The notes under the pieces are model-generated. The model was not told where the DNA came from. It ran no database searches and saw only the letters and a program-made list of their open reading frames with translations. Shown here piece by piece: positions 10,269 to 20,417 of a DNA stretch of 64,000 bases; the stretch's first letter is position 1; every line of letters starts with the position of its first letter. Origin of the DNA: an uncultured delta proteobacterium (GTDB taxonomy: Bacteria > Desulfobacterota > Desulfomonilia > UBA1062); NCBI GenBank assembly GCA_963785235.1, contig CAWAUM010000005.1, positions 416,001-480,000 on the forward strand, written 5' to 3'. A program made the position numbers and the translations under genes.

Positions 10269-10302
10269 TGAGCGGGGGGCTGCATAGCTCAGCCCCCGCT
10301 CA
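10269..10302 (-). terminator. GC-rich hairpin downstream of the FN3 lipoprotein gene
   Basis: TGAGCGGGGGGCTG-catagct-CAGCCCCCGCTCA (G6 against C5, one bulge). Confidence 0.6.
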
Positions 10303-10318
10303 GTTGTGCATAGCTTAA

Positions 10319-13300
10319 TCAGGGCATTTCGGGCAAGAGCTTAATGTCTTGGCCATACCATGGGACGAGATCTCTCTCAGTTATCCAAAAGTAGTTTCCG
10401 GAACCGTGTTTGAGCAACTCGTTTAATACTGGAGCACGCATCTCTACGCCCACGGAATCCGTGAATATCGCACATGTACCTGCTGGCATAGTTGTTCCGT
10501 TTGCCCAATCCCATACGCCGCAACCGGCAGTGAGGTTGCTGTTTCCGCTAATGTAACAGTTGATGGAAAAACCTGCATGCCCTTCCAGATCATCGTTCCC
10601 ATACTCCATAAGCATACCAAAAGTTGATGACCAGTATATGCCTGAAGGGACATGGGTGCTCTCAATTGAGAGGTATACGTTGTTGCTTGCATCCCGCGCG
10701 ATCTTATATGTGCATGTTCCAAGGGTATAGAACACATTTACGCCGTCCCAGTCGCCCGACAAGCCGTCAATGTTGATCGCGGCTTCAGGAATGGGGAAGG
10801 TTTCCATGAAATCTTCCCAGATGATATCCGAGATATTGGAGAGATACAGCTCCGGGGTGCTGCACAGGATGTAGGGATAGTATTCAGCATCTTCCAGAAG
10901 GGCAGTAACCTCCAGGATCACATCCCTTGGGGTCTTTTCAACATCTGCGCCTGAGCCGAACAGTCTGAATGCGGTGATCGCCGAGGCAGCACTGTCAGGG
11001 CAGAAATGGTCGAGATAGATATCGAACGTCTCCTTCAGATAGTAGAGATCATCCTCATCAGAAGCATTTACATACTCTGATTTCGTCATTACTGCCCTGG
11101 GAAAAACAAGCTGTGAGGAAGTCCCGTTCATGCATGCCATGGCGCTTACCATCCCCTGGTCCCGCACTAGTTCGGCCATAGCCATGGTTGCATCGCCGTC
11201 GAGGTTGAATGCGTTGTTGTACCTGTCACGCTTCTGCTCGTCCGTCAGGCCTGCTATGTCAGTCACTGCAGATCCGTAGAAGTTAAAGGCGGTCTGGAGG
11301 GTAGATCTGAACTGGGCGAGTTTGGATGAATCGGACCTATCCTTGTAGGTCAGGAGGGTTGGATTGTTGTTGAGGACCTGCAACCATGCGGATTTCAGCA
11401 AGTCTTCATAGTCCTCGACATCGGGTTTGTTCGTATAGAGATTGCGGATATCGTAGGTGACGTTGTTGTAGCTGATGTTGAAATTCGTGATGGTGAGGTT
11501 CAGCGACTGCAGATAGACGAAGTAGGCCTTCGCGAGATTTACCATGCACCTGAGGATCTTGACGTCGATGGAGTCGACATTTACCGTGTAAAGAGGCCCA
11601 TAACTGATGGTCTCATTTATGCCGTTGGCCTCGGCCAGGAGAGCATCCACACGTGCAAACCTGTCCTCGGTCTCCAGGAACAGGGCCTGACTGTCCGAGT
11701 CATAGAGTCTTGGGTCATGCTTGAAGTACGTGTCCACAATGCTGTTTATGTCATACAGGGACTCGAGCTGTTCGAAATTCGTATCGAACCCGATCGTCGG
11801 GAGCCCGGCATCCGCAATAATCTGCCTCGTCTTGGGGCTGTTGTAGATGTCAAGAAGCTCTCCCATGGCCTTGTACAGTTTGGCCTCATTTGTGTCACCC
11901 GCTGCCGCAATGGCATTCATCAGGATATCATAGTTCGACTGAGTGGGGTCGCTCATGAACTGCATGAACAGATCCGGTATGCCTCCCGAGTATACAGTGG
12001 TAAATGACCACGGAGGGTAATCTGATGCCAGTGGATTGCTGGCCATATCCTTTATACCTGATGTGCCTGATTTTATAGTGACTCTGTATGAGGTCCCATA
12101 TGTAAGGGCTGGATCGGGGGTGAATACTACCGTAGCGCCGTTGCAGGTTATGGTGCCGGGTATGAGATTAATGCCAGAGGTCCCCACAGAAACAGCAAAG
12201 TTTAAACCGGTGACTGTCGAAGGATCGACGCTCTCGCTGAAGGTTGTAATGATCGGAGCACTGGTGGCTACATTGAAGGCATTGGATGGGGGAGATACGT
12301 AGATAACAGTGAAGGGTGTAGACTGCGTGATGGCGCAGGACTGTGCTCCCTGGATGCTCTGAGCCGACCAGTTTGCGGCAGCATCTCTAGCCCTTACAGT
12401 ATAACAGTATTGTGTAGAGGCACTGAGGCCTGTGTCTGTAGTCGATGTCCCGGTAACCTGCTTCAGTAATATACCACCCCTGTATAGCTCATAAGCAGTC
12501 ACCCCGATATTGTCTGTCGATGGGCTCCAGCTCAGATTTATCTGGTTTGACGATGCTGCCGTTGCTATGACGCTTCCCGGAACAGTAGGTGCTTGATTGT
12601 CTACTTCAAAAGTGGTGGCGCAGGACTGGGCCCCCTGGGTGCTCTGGGCCGACCAGTTCCCTGTAGCATCCCCCGCGCTTACGGTATAGCAGTATTGCGT
12701 CAAGGCGCTGAGCCCTGTGTCGGTTGTCGATGTCCCCGCAACCTGCTTCAGAAATACTCCACCCTTATATAGCCTATACCCAGTCACACCTGTATTGTCT
12801 GCCGATGCACTCCAGCTCAGATTGATCTGGCTTGACGATACTGCCGTTGCTGTAACGCTTCCCGGGACAGTAGGTGCCTGTGAATCTGCAAGCGTGGTGG
12901 CGCATGACTGAATGCTCTGTGTGGACCAGTTCCCTGCTGAATCGCTGGCACTCACGGTATAGCAGTATTGTGTCGAGGCGCTGAGGCCTGCATCTGAATA
13001 CGTCGTTCCTGTAAGGGTATTGGTTATTTGCGTCCCATTGCGGTATATCCGGTAAGCCGTTACTCTAGTATTATCGCTCGATGCACTCCAACTCAAATTT
13101 ATCTGGCTCAAAGATACTGCCGTTGCTGTAACGCTTCCCGGGATTGTCGGTGCCTGCGTATCACCCGTGCTCCCCGCTGCCAGAGTTGTGGCGCATGACT
13201 GGGTGCTCTGTGCTGACCAGTTTCCTTTAGCATCACCGGCGCTTACGGTATAACAGTATTGTGTCGAGGCGCTGAGGCCCGTATCTGAATACGAAGTCCC

Positions 13301-13831
13301 TGTAACGGAATTTGTTAGTTGCGTACCATTGCGGTATATGCGGTAAGCTGTTACTCCAGCATTGTCGGTGGATGCAAGCCAGCTCAAATTTATCTGGCTT
13401 GATGATGCAGCCGTTGCAACAGAGCTTCCAGGGACTGTTGGCGCTTGCGTATCTCCGCTACTATCCGGGTAATTCGGGGTAATGGAACCCAAAGTAATGT
13501 GTGCCCCTTCTTGAGCTGTAAAAGTATTTCTGTAAAGGGTTTCATTTCCCATGGTTATGGTAATCGTATGTTCACCGGGGGCAACTTTGGCTGAGAATTC
13601 ACCCCACTGATTGGTTGTAACTACGACAGGATCACTCGTGATGGTAACGGTTGCCCCTGATATAGGATTTTTATTGCTGTCAAGGATCTTGCCGGTAACA
13701 CTGATGGTAGTTAGTTCCTCGGGGGTAACAGAAGAACTACCACCTCCCCCACCACCACAGCCCGCAATAAACATGACAAGAGAAAGAATGATCAATGTCA
13801 AATTTATCTTGTAGAACCAGGTTTTACACAT
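10319..13831 (-). CDS. Large surface lipoprotein: carboxypeptidase-regulatory-like domain, 4 fibronectin type III repeats, Ig-like (SbsA/Big_5-type) domain, about 550 aa unassigned C-terminal region
   Basis: Lipobox-like FIAGC followed by poly-Gly; VTGKILDSNKNPISGATV; four DxQAPTxPG...LSW...Y...YCYTV units; VSPPSNA...TFSESVD...WSFTT. Start at ATG 13831 after a GGAGGG RBS. Confidence 0.85.
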   Translation of the reverse strand: MCKTWFYKINLTLIILSLVMFIAGCGGGGGGSSSVTPEELTTISVTGKILDSNKNPISGATVTITSDPVVVTTNQWGEFSAKVAPGEHTITITMGNETLYRNTFTAQEGAHITLGSITPNYPDSSGDTQAPTVPGSSVATAASSSQINLSWLASTDNAGVTAYRIYRNGTQLTNSVTGTSYSDTGLSASTQYCYTVSAGDAKGNWSAQSTQSCATTLAAGSTGDTQAPTIPGSVTATAVSLSQINLSWSASSDNTRVTAYRIYRNGTQITNTLTGTTYSDAGLSASTQYCYTVSASDSAGNWSTQSIQSCATTLADSQAPTVPGSVTATAVSSSQINLSWSASADNTGVTGYRLYKGGVFLKQVAGTSTTDTGLSALTQYCYTVSAGDATGNWSAQSTQGAQSCATTFEVDNQAPTVPGSVIATAASSNQINLSWSPSTDNIGVTAYELYRGGILLKQVTGTSTTDTGLSASTQYCYTVRARDAAANWSAQSIQGAQSCAITQSTPFTVIYVSPPSNAFNVATSAPIITTFSESVDPSTVTGLNFAVSVGTSGINLIPGTITCNGATVVFTPDPALTYGTSYRVTIKSGTSGIKDMASNPLASDYPPWSFTTVYSGGIPDLFMQFMSDPTQSNYDILMNAIAAAGDTNEAKLYKAMGELLDIYNSPKTRQIIADAGLPTIGFDTNFEQLESLYDINSIVDTYFKHDPRLYDSDSQALFLETEDRFARVDALLAEANGINETISYGPLYTVNVDSIDVKILRCMVNLAKAYFVYLQSLNLTITNFNISYNNVTYDIRNLYTNKPDVEDYEDLLKSAWLQVLNNNPTLLTYKDRSDSSKLAQFRSTLQTAFNFYGSAVTDIAGLTDEQKRDRYNNAFNLDGDATMAMAELVRDQGMVSAMACMNGTSSQLVFPRAVMTKSEYVNASDEDDLYYLKETFDIYLDHFCPDSAASAITAFRLFGSGADVEKTPRDVILEVTALLEDAEYYPYILCSTPELYLSNISDIIWEDFMETFPIPEAAINIDGLSGDWDGVNVFYTLGTCTYKIARDASNNVYLSIESTHVPSGIYWSSTFGMLMEYGNDDLEGHAGFSINCYISGNSNLTAGCGVWDWANGTTMPAGTCAIFTDSVGVEMRAPVLNELLKHGSGNYFWITERDLVPWYGQDIKLLPEMP
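12326..13453 (-). repeat. Four tandem FN3 coding repeats (about 280 bp each)
   Basis: Similar at both protein and DNA level; units 1/2 and 3/4 form closer pairs. Confidence 0.85.
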
Positions 13832-14172
13832 TACTAATTCCCCCCCTCCGAATAAAATATACATTTCCGAGTTCTTTTTTTACTATTTCTAATCTTCTCT
13901 ATTAGGAAGACAATTAACCTAATAGAAATCCCATTTTATATTATAAGCAATGTCAATGCCATTTGACAAGTATTAGAATTAATGTCCCTTTGTCATATTT
14001 CCCTGCGAGATTTATTATAATAAATGGAAACATTTTCTATAGATATGGAATAGTATGTTAATTCAATAGTGATAGATAAACCCGCACGGGAGGTCTTTCT
14101 CTTGTCTGGATGTGATACTACGAGGTGGAGCTATTTGGAGCAAAGAATCAAATAGAAGATACTTCAAAAAAA

Positions 14173-14247
14173 TGGTGGGCCGCACAGGGATTGAACCTGT
14201 GACTTCTACCGTGTGAAGGTAGCGCTCTCCCGCTGAGCTAGCGGCCC
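14173..14247 (-). tRNA. tRNA-Val (anticodon CAC)
   Basis: Reverse complement GGGCCGCTAGCTCAGCGGGAGAGCGCTACCTTCACACGGTAGAAGTCACAGGTTCAATCCCTGTGCGGCCCACCA forms a cloverleaf with anticodon arm CTACC-TT-CAC-AC-GGTAG and an encoded CCA. Confidence 0.97.
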
Positions 14248-14262
14248 GAGCCATTGCGAGAA

Positions 14263-14291
14263 TCTATACAATCCGGTCTGATACCTGTCAA
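14263..14291 (-). promoter_or_regulatory. Putative sigma70 promoter of tRNA-Val
   Basis: TTGACA-17 nt-TATAGA just upstream of the tRNA 5' end. Confidence 0.6.
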
Positions 14292-14397
14292 GATGAAAAC
14301 AAGCTCTGATGACCAAGGAATGAGGCATTTACCGGAGGTTAAGCATCTATCATCTTTGACTTTATGGAACAGATGCCAGACCCAAAAGTTAAACTCA

Positions 14398-16329
14398 TTA
14401 CTCCATGGGTATGGAAAAGAAAAAAACCGACCCCTGACCCAGTTTTGTTTTTACCCAGATGTCCCCACCCATCACGGCCAAGGCCTTTTTCACAATGGCA
14501 AGCCCGATGCCTGTGCCTTCCACATGGTTGTCTGATGCCCGGTAAAAGATGTCGAAGATATTGCTCGTATGTTCTTCAGATATCCCTGATCCATTATCCT
14601 TTACGGAAAAGATATGCATCTTGGTCTGAGGCTGGTATCCGATAAGGATCTCCAGATTTCTGCCAGGATGCGAATATTTTATGGCATTTGAAATGAGATT
14701 GCTGAAAACCTGTATCACCCGGATCTTGTCCGCTTTTACACAGGGCATTGTATTTTCAATAACAATGGTTCCGTTCTTCTCATCAAGCTGATTGGTGATC
14801 TCCATGATGATGTCATCAATGATCTCTTGGATTGAGAACTCTTCTTTCTTGAGTTTAAGGTTCTCAACTGCAGAGAGGGTGAGGAGGTTCGTGACAAATG
14901 ACTCCATGTGTTTACCGCTTTCGTGAATAGCTTCAATATATTGTATTTCCTTTTCGGATAACTTCTTCAATCCGGTCTTCATGAATCGTTCACAGAAGCC
15001 GTTGATGGCGATAATGGGGTTCTTGAGGTCATGCGATACAGTGGAAACCAGGGTCCTGAGTTCCTCATTGCGCTGACGGATGAGGTTGAGTGCATCTTTG
15101 AGTTCCTCAGTGGTCTTGGAAACCTCTTGGAACAGCAGGATGTTTTCCATAACAGTGCCCATATGCACACCGATGGTAATGAGTAACCGCTCATCTTCGG
15201 GCGAAATGGTGCGCTGGCCAAAGGAACCGATGTTCATTACGCCGATAAGGCGGCTTCTGGACTGGAGAGGTATGGACGCAAACGATCTTATGCCCTGCTT
15301 TTTAAATGCAGTGGAGCTGATGCGCCGGTCTAAAGAGGCATTTTCTATAATAATGGGATTGCCGCTTTGGGCAACCCGACCCGCAATACCCTCTCCAATC
15401 TTGAGTTCCTTTACGGTCTGTATGACCTCTTCGGAGATACCATATGCATATGCACATCGTAATACTTTTTTCTTGTCATCAAGCAGATAAACTAGCCCTG
15501 CTTCGATGTTCATGATCTGCAGCACCTGTACAAGGGTATTCTGTAGCACTTCGTTGAGGTCTACTGAGGAGGAGAGTGTCTTGGATATGCTGTTGACGGC
15601 AGAGAGGTCCTGGTTCTGACGAAGGAGCCTCTTCTGCAGGAGCACCTTTTCAGTCACGTCACGGAGCATGGCAATGGAGGTTCCGGGCCTGTCTTCTATA
15701 AAATGGAAATTGCCCTCAAGTATCTTCTGGCCACCTTTGATGTTCATTACTATTTGAGTAAAAAATTGTTTGGCGAATTTTTTCCTTAAATTTGCAAGGT
15801 CATTTTTTCCTTTATCATCCACAAAGTCAAATATAGCCTTGCCGAGGATATCATCCTGGCCCATTTCGATAATGGAGGCGAAGGCAGGATTTGCAAAGGT
15901 AATGAAACCATGATTCAGGATGAGGATGGCATCAGGTGCATCTTCAATAAGCTTGCTGTATCTGCCTTCACGGGCCAAACTCCCGCTTACGAAATCGGCG
16001 AGAAGCACGAAGAGAGAGTTCAGCCTGTATCCGGTGACGTTTATAAAACCTGATACCCGCACCCGCGGCGAGCTAAAGGTCTCTACAATGAGAGAGAAGG
16101 GTTTGTTTGTTTCAATAAGTTTCTTGAGATTACTCTCAAGCCTGTCATCAACAAGGAATTTGTGGATCAGTTCATACAGCGATTTGCCTACAAAAGGCAG
16201 TTCCGAGGGATCAATATTTGATTCCAAGAGCTTGTTTATGAAAATAACCGTTCCGCTTGCGTCAAAGGCACACACAGCGATTGGTGCTGCATCGAAGACA
16301 GCCTTTACCTGGTCGTAATATATATTCAT
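14398..16329 (-). CDS. PAS-PAS-GAF sensor histidine kinase
   Basis: H-box VSHDLKNP, N-box NLISNAIKY, DNGSGI, GTGIGLAIV; GAF segment GEGIAGRVA...SIPL. Confidence 0.93.
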   Translation of the reverse strand: MNIYYDQVKAVFDAAPIAVCAFDASGTVIFINKLLESNIDPSELPFVGKSLYELIHKFLVDDRLESNLKKLIETNKPFSLIVETFSSPRVRVSGFINVTGYRLNSLFVLLADFVSGSLAREGRYSKLIEDAPDAILILNHGFITFANPAFASIIEMGQDDILGKAIFDFVDDKGKNDLANLRKKFAKQFFTQIVMNIKGGQKILEGNFHFIEDRPGTSIAMLRDVTEKVLLQKRLLRQNQDLSAVNSISKTLSSSVDLNEVLQNTLVQVLQIMNIEAGLVYLLDDKKKVLRCAYAYGISEEVIQTVKELKIGEGIAGRVAQSGNPIIIENASLDRRISSTAFKKQGIRSFASIPLQSRSRLIGVMNIGSFGQRTISPEDERLLITIGVHMGTVMENILLFQEVSKTTEELKDALNLIRQRNEELRTLVSTVSHDLKNPIIAINGFCERFMKTGLKKLSEKEIQYIEAIHESGKHMESFVTNLLTLSAVENLKLKKEEFSIQEIIDDIIMEITNQLDEKNGTIVIENTMPCVKADKIRVIQVFSNLISNAIKYSHPGRNLEILIGYQPQTKMHIFSVKDNGSGISEEHTSNIFDIFYRASDNHVEGTGIGLAIVKKALAVMGGDIWVKTKLGQGSVFFFSIPME

Positions 16330-16955
16330 GACTTTCCTTCTATATCCAGGTATTCGCCAGGGTTAAGGATCCGGACATCACACGAGCAAAGTCCGGCAAA
16401 TTCTTCAGCATCCTTTCTGGAACCTACAATGTCGCCATAGTGGATGGGAATTGCATATATTGTCCTGATGTCTCTGATGGCCTCACTCGCATCTTTCGCA
16501 TCCATGGTATAGGTGCCCCCCACAGGCACAAAAACGACATCAACGACAAGGCCCTTCATTTCAGGGATCCTGTCTGTATCACCTGGATGATAGATCTTAA
16601 TTCCACCTATTGTTATAATATACCCTACCCAGCCATTGGCCTTGGGATGGAAGGCCTTTCTCTGATTATATGCAGGAATTGCCTGCATGGATACATCTTT
16701 TATAATCATTGTGTTACCCGGCTTTATCCGATCGGTAACAAGCGGGGCGGACATGGGTGCTACAACACGGGTAGAGGACTCAGAGACTACTGTAAGATCA
16801 GCTTGAGAATAGTGATCATAGTGATCATGGGTGAGGAGTATAATATCCGCATGCGGGGAATGCTTGTCAATTTTCCACGGGTCAATGTAAATAGTAATGG
16901 AGGGGCTTGTTATCTTAACACTTGCGTGACCAAGCCAGGTTAACCGTATGGTCAT
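16326..16955 (-). CDS. MBL-fold metallo-hydrolase
   Basis: WLGHAS, IDP, THDHYDH, HPGDT, PVGGTYTM, IPIHY; start at ATG 16955 after AAGGAG. Confidence 0.9.
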   Translation of the reverse strand: MTIRLTWLGHASVKITSPSITIYIDPWKIDKHSPHADIILLTHDHYDHYSQADLTVVSESSTRVVAPMSAPLVTDRIKPGNTMIIKDVSMQAIPAYNQRKAFHPKANGWVGYIITIGGIKIYHPGDTDRIPEMKGLVVDVVFVPVGGTYTMDAKDASEAIRDIRTIYAIPIHYGDIVGSRKDAEEFAGLCSCDVRILNPGEYLDIEGKS

Positions 16956-17075
16956 TGAGCTCCTTCTGATTAAAGATAAACAATCAAAATAATCATTCAA
17001 AAACTTTTTTCATAATACAAAAGCTTAGCGTATGTTTCAATGGGTATTTCTGAATTTACACGTATCAGGTCTTTC

Positions 17076-17474
17076 TCAAAACGCCCCCAGCTGACACGGT
17101 GTAACCTTGATGCCCAATGCATCCGCAACATTTCCTGCCTCTGCACGGATTATGCCCTTTGAATCTGCAATCTTCCAGAGCATGGCACAGGAGATCCTGC
17201 CATCAGTAACTTCTGCCTTGATAAGATCAACTACTTCCTGGTCTACCTCAATCTTCCGGCCCGTGATTTTGTACTCGGACTTCCCCTTCCTGCCATAACC
17301 GAACAGGCCTAGTTGGCACTGATAAAACTTAGCGCCGGTTTGGGTTGCCACTCTGCCCACCTCAATGGGTTCAAGGCTGAGATAGGCGGCGATGTAGTGT
17401 GCTACGGCACAAGGGAGCCTGCCCTTTTCAGGATAAATTGCAATCATTTCACTTATCTTTTCAGATGGCATCAT
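17076..17474 (-). CDS. Hypothetical protein made of two similar Cys-containing half domains
   Basis: GRLPCAVA...CQLGLF repeated as GRISCAML...CQLGAF; preceded by a GGAGG RBS. Confidence 0.8.
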   Translation of the reverse strand: MMPSEKISEMIAIYPEKGRLPCAVAHYIAAYLSLEPIEVGRVATQTGAKFYQCQLGLFGYGRKGKSEYKITGRKIEVDQEVVDLIKAEVTDGRISCAMLWKIADSKGIIRAEAGNVADALGIKVTPCQLGAF

Positions 17475-18910
17475 GTAACCTCCTTAATCTGTTGGAATAT
17501 GTATTCAAAGCACCCATAGCCTTTGCGGCCTTTTCAGGGGAGTCAAAGGTTGGGATGCCATTTTTATGCAGGGTATTGATGCAGTTGTCTTCATTGCCGA
17601 AAAAGGAGGAGATAAGAAGGGGCTTGCCGTAACGTTCCGGCATGGATACAAGTTCATCCAGATCGATCTTCATTACCCCCATGAGGTCTTCCTTGGATAC
17701 GTCCACAAATCCACTGATCGCCGGATAGAGAAGCTCAAAGAACCCCGTGTCCATGATTCCATGAATTATGATACCATCAACCTCATCCGACTCGAAGAGT
17801 AACTTTGGAATATCGACGGACAATGCCTTCATATCGGTATGAAAGGTAAGGTCAACCGGGTTTCGGGCGCTTCCATGGGAAGGAAGGAGTTTGGAAATCC
17901 TTTGTTGCAGGTCAGAGGAGAACTCAGGCACTTCCAGCCCTACACGGTTACAGGTTGTTGCAATGCCTGTCCCGGGACCGCCGGAATTCGTAAGCACGGC
18001 AATGCGCCTGCCCTTGAGTCTGGGTTGGGTAGCCAGGGCCCAGCCGATCTTGTACACGTCCTCTATGCTCTCAACACTAATAATGCCCGCCTGTTTAAAT
18101 AAGGCTTCATATAAATGACCGGGCCCGGCCATGGCGCCTGTATGGCTCGACCCTGAACGCGCACCTGCCTCGGTCCCGCCCACATATTGAGCAATGATAG
18201 GTTTGACTTTGCTCACATTTTTAGCCACTTCAAGGAACCGGGATGTATCCCTTATCCCTTCGATATACAAACCAATGGCCTTTGTGGTTTCGTCTAGCCC
18301 CAGGTACTCAAGACAGTCGATGATGGTGATGTCCGCTTCATTCCCCACGCTGATGGCCTTGCTCAAGACAATGCCGTTTTTATGCAGATAGGAAACTACC
18401 TGGGCTATATAGGTGCCACTCTGAGATGCAAGGCCGAGTTTACCGTTATAATCCTGGATAGGTCCAACCGTTAGATTCATCGGCAAATGGGTATTGACGA
18501 TACCGAGACAGTTGGGGCCGAGAAATCGAATGCCGTATTGCCTTGCCTTTTCAATCAATACCTTCTCCAGTCGCCCTTCCCTCCTCACCGGTCTCCCTGA
18601 AACCCGCCGTGACAATAACTATGTATCTTGTCCCAAGCTTTCCAAAATCATCAACCATTTCAAGAATGAGGCGTGTAGGGACGACAAGCACGGCAACATC
18701 CGGGGCATAGGGGAGATGGGATATCCGTTGGTAAGCCTTTTTGCCGAGCACAATTTTCTCTTTGGGATGGATGGGTAGTATCTCTCCGGGAAAGCCATTT
18801 GTGATGAGGTTCAGACACTGGATAGTGCCCATAGTGGTGAAGGTGTTGCTTGCGCCGGCGATTGCGATGCTGGTAGGGTTCATGAGTTTCTCAATGGGAT
18901 TGCCTGCCAT
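17461..18910 (-). CDS. ADP-forming acyl-CoA synthetase alpha-subunit-like (CoA-binding plus ligase domains); apparent 1-nt frameshift at 18574-18576
   Basis: ORFs 18551-18910 (SIAIAGAS, TAGFRETG) and 17461-18615 (LGPNCLG, SQSG, VGNEAD, SHTGAMAG, TNSGGPG, NPVDL) join if one G is removed. Confidence 0.88.
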
Positions 18911-19031
18911 TCATCCTCCAAATTCAACTATGATGAGAGTTTCCATGCATGTCTATGCCGAAATTCCTAAATAAAAAACTGATACCATAAATTCGCAGAC
19001 AAAAGTATCACCCAATGTTGTAACACCCCTT

Positions 19032-19820
19032 ATGGAAAAGCGATTCCGACCGATGAGAAATATGTTGGAAACAATGAACTTCATGGATGAAGGGTTGGAC
19101 ATGGAACTTGGATCAAGCTTAACAATAAATTCTCCTCAAATACGCAGGTTTTTGTGTGTGTTTCTCCTTTCTGTCATCGGCTTTTTTTCCATCATGGGTA
19201 TCTTCAGCTATATGGACCCGTATCCCTTGAAAGACTGGATTCATCTAAGAATTTTGCTCCAGAAGGTCGGTCTATCAGGTGCAGTGCTTTTCATATTCTG
19301 TGTGGCAATAATGCCCTTGGCCGCACCTCTAAGTCTGCTTATTATGGCAGGTTCTTCGGTATATGGGGCTCCGCTGGGTATGGTGCTCTCGTATGTAGGA
19401 TGCCTGATCAATGCAAATCTTGTATTTTTTCTGGTGAAGACCCTTGGCGTGGAGACAGCCTGGGGAAATGGAAAAAAGACATCCAGGGTTAAGAGTGCTA
19501 TCCAGGCCAACGGCTATCCCCTTGTGTTAATACTTCAGGTCCTTACTATCCTCCCCTTTACTGTGATAAATTTTGCTGCTGCAGCATCGGGTGTTTGCTG
19601 GCGGGATTTCATGAAGGCGACAATCCTCGGGATAGTACCTGGTATAGCCATTTTTTCACTGCTGGGTCACATGGTCCTTACCCAGTTTCTTTCCCCCAGG
19701 TTCTACCTCTCATTCCTTTGTGCAGCAGTTTTCATGATTATGCTGGTGGCCCTCATTAAGAAGAACACCCATCTCAGAGAGAAAACCATCGCGCAAATAG
19801 TCGAAGAAGAGCTTGTTTGA
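19032..19820 (+). CDS. TVP38/TMEM64 (DedA/VTT domain) membrane protein; start codon uncertain
   Basis: Multiple TM segments, PFTVINFAAAASGV...DFMKATILGIVPG. Confidence 0.85.
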   Translation: MEKRFRPMRNMLETMNFMDEGLDMELGSSLTINSPQIRRFLCVFLLSVIGFFSIMGIFSYMDPYPLKDWIHLRILLQKVGLSGAVLFIFCVAIMPLAAPLSLLIMAGSSVYGAPLGMVLSYVGCLINANLVFFLVKTLGVETAWGNGKKTSRVKSAIQANGYPLVLILQVLTILPFTVINFAAAASGVCWRDFMKATILGIVPGIAIFSLLGHMVLTQFLSPRFYLSFLCAAVFMIMLVALIKKNTHLREKTIAQIVEEELV

Positions 19821-20417
19821 AAAGTGAGGAAGGTAGTCTACTAACCCTTTGAGTGGATATTGAAGACCTTCGCCGAATACCCTTTTTGATAATTCCTTGT
19901 CTATCCGCAATGGTATAACACCTTGAACCAGTAAATAGTCGCCTTTTTTTGCAAGGGCAAGGCCCATGATTTTATTGTTTCCAATTACCAGTTCAGTGGG
20001 TGTCGGCCGCGCAAAACAAATTGAAGAGAAGGCGTAATTACCACCTTTTCTTTCTGCCTCTATCCCACACCCTTGAAGGGCTCCTTTAAATACGTTTGAA
20101 ATAACTTCCGAACAAGCGGGGATGCTCCCGGCTAGTACTCCGGTTGCCTTTGAACATATGCTGAAGGTGATGTCGTCGTAATGAAGCACAACTCCCCCGC
20201 CAGTAGGCCTTTGTAGTACTGGTATATCAAGACTTGCATCATGTATACTGAAGTGTTTCTGGTGAAAACCGCAAGTCAGTGCTGGCTCAGCCCAGTTGTA
20301 AATGCGTAAAGCCCCTTTGATTTTTCCTTGCCTGAGTGCCTCGAAAAGATCGAGGTCTCTTTCCATGGTATGCTTGGCTTGGCATCTCCCATCATGCAGG
20401 AGCTGCCATGTGTTCAT
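19710..20417 (-). CDS. Lipoate-protein ligase A / octanoyltransferase family
   Basis: LRIYNW, QRPTGGGVVLH, DITFS, CF, KIMGLA. Confidence 0.85.
   Translation of the reverse strand: MNTWQLLHDGRCQAKHTMERDLDLFEALRQGKIKGALRIYNWAEPALTCGFHQKHFSIHDASLDIPVLQRPTGGGVVLHYDDITFSICSKATGVLAGSIPACSEVISNVFKGALQGCGIEAERKGGNYAFSSICFARPTPTELVIGNNKIMGLALAKKGDYLLVQGVIPLRIDKELSKRVFGEGLQYPLKGLVDYLPHFSNKLFFDYLRDGFLSEMGVLLNEGHQHNHENCCTKE

Noticed and set aside
14063-14254. 63-aa ORF on the minus strand
   Set aside because: It overlaps the tRNA-Val gene and is a spurious translation.
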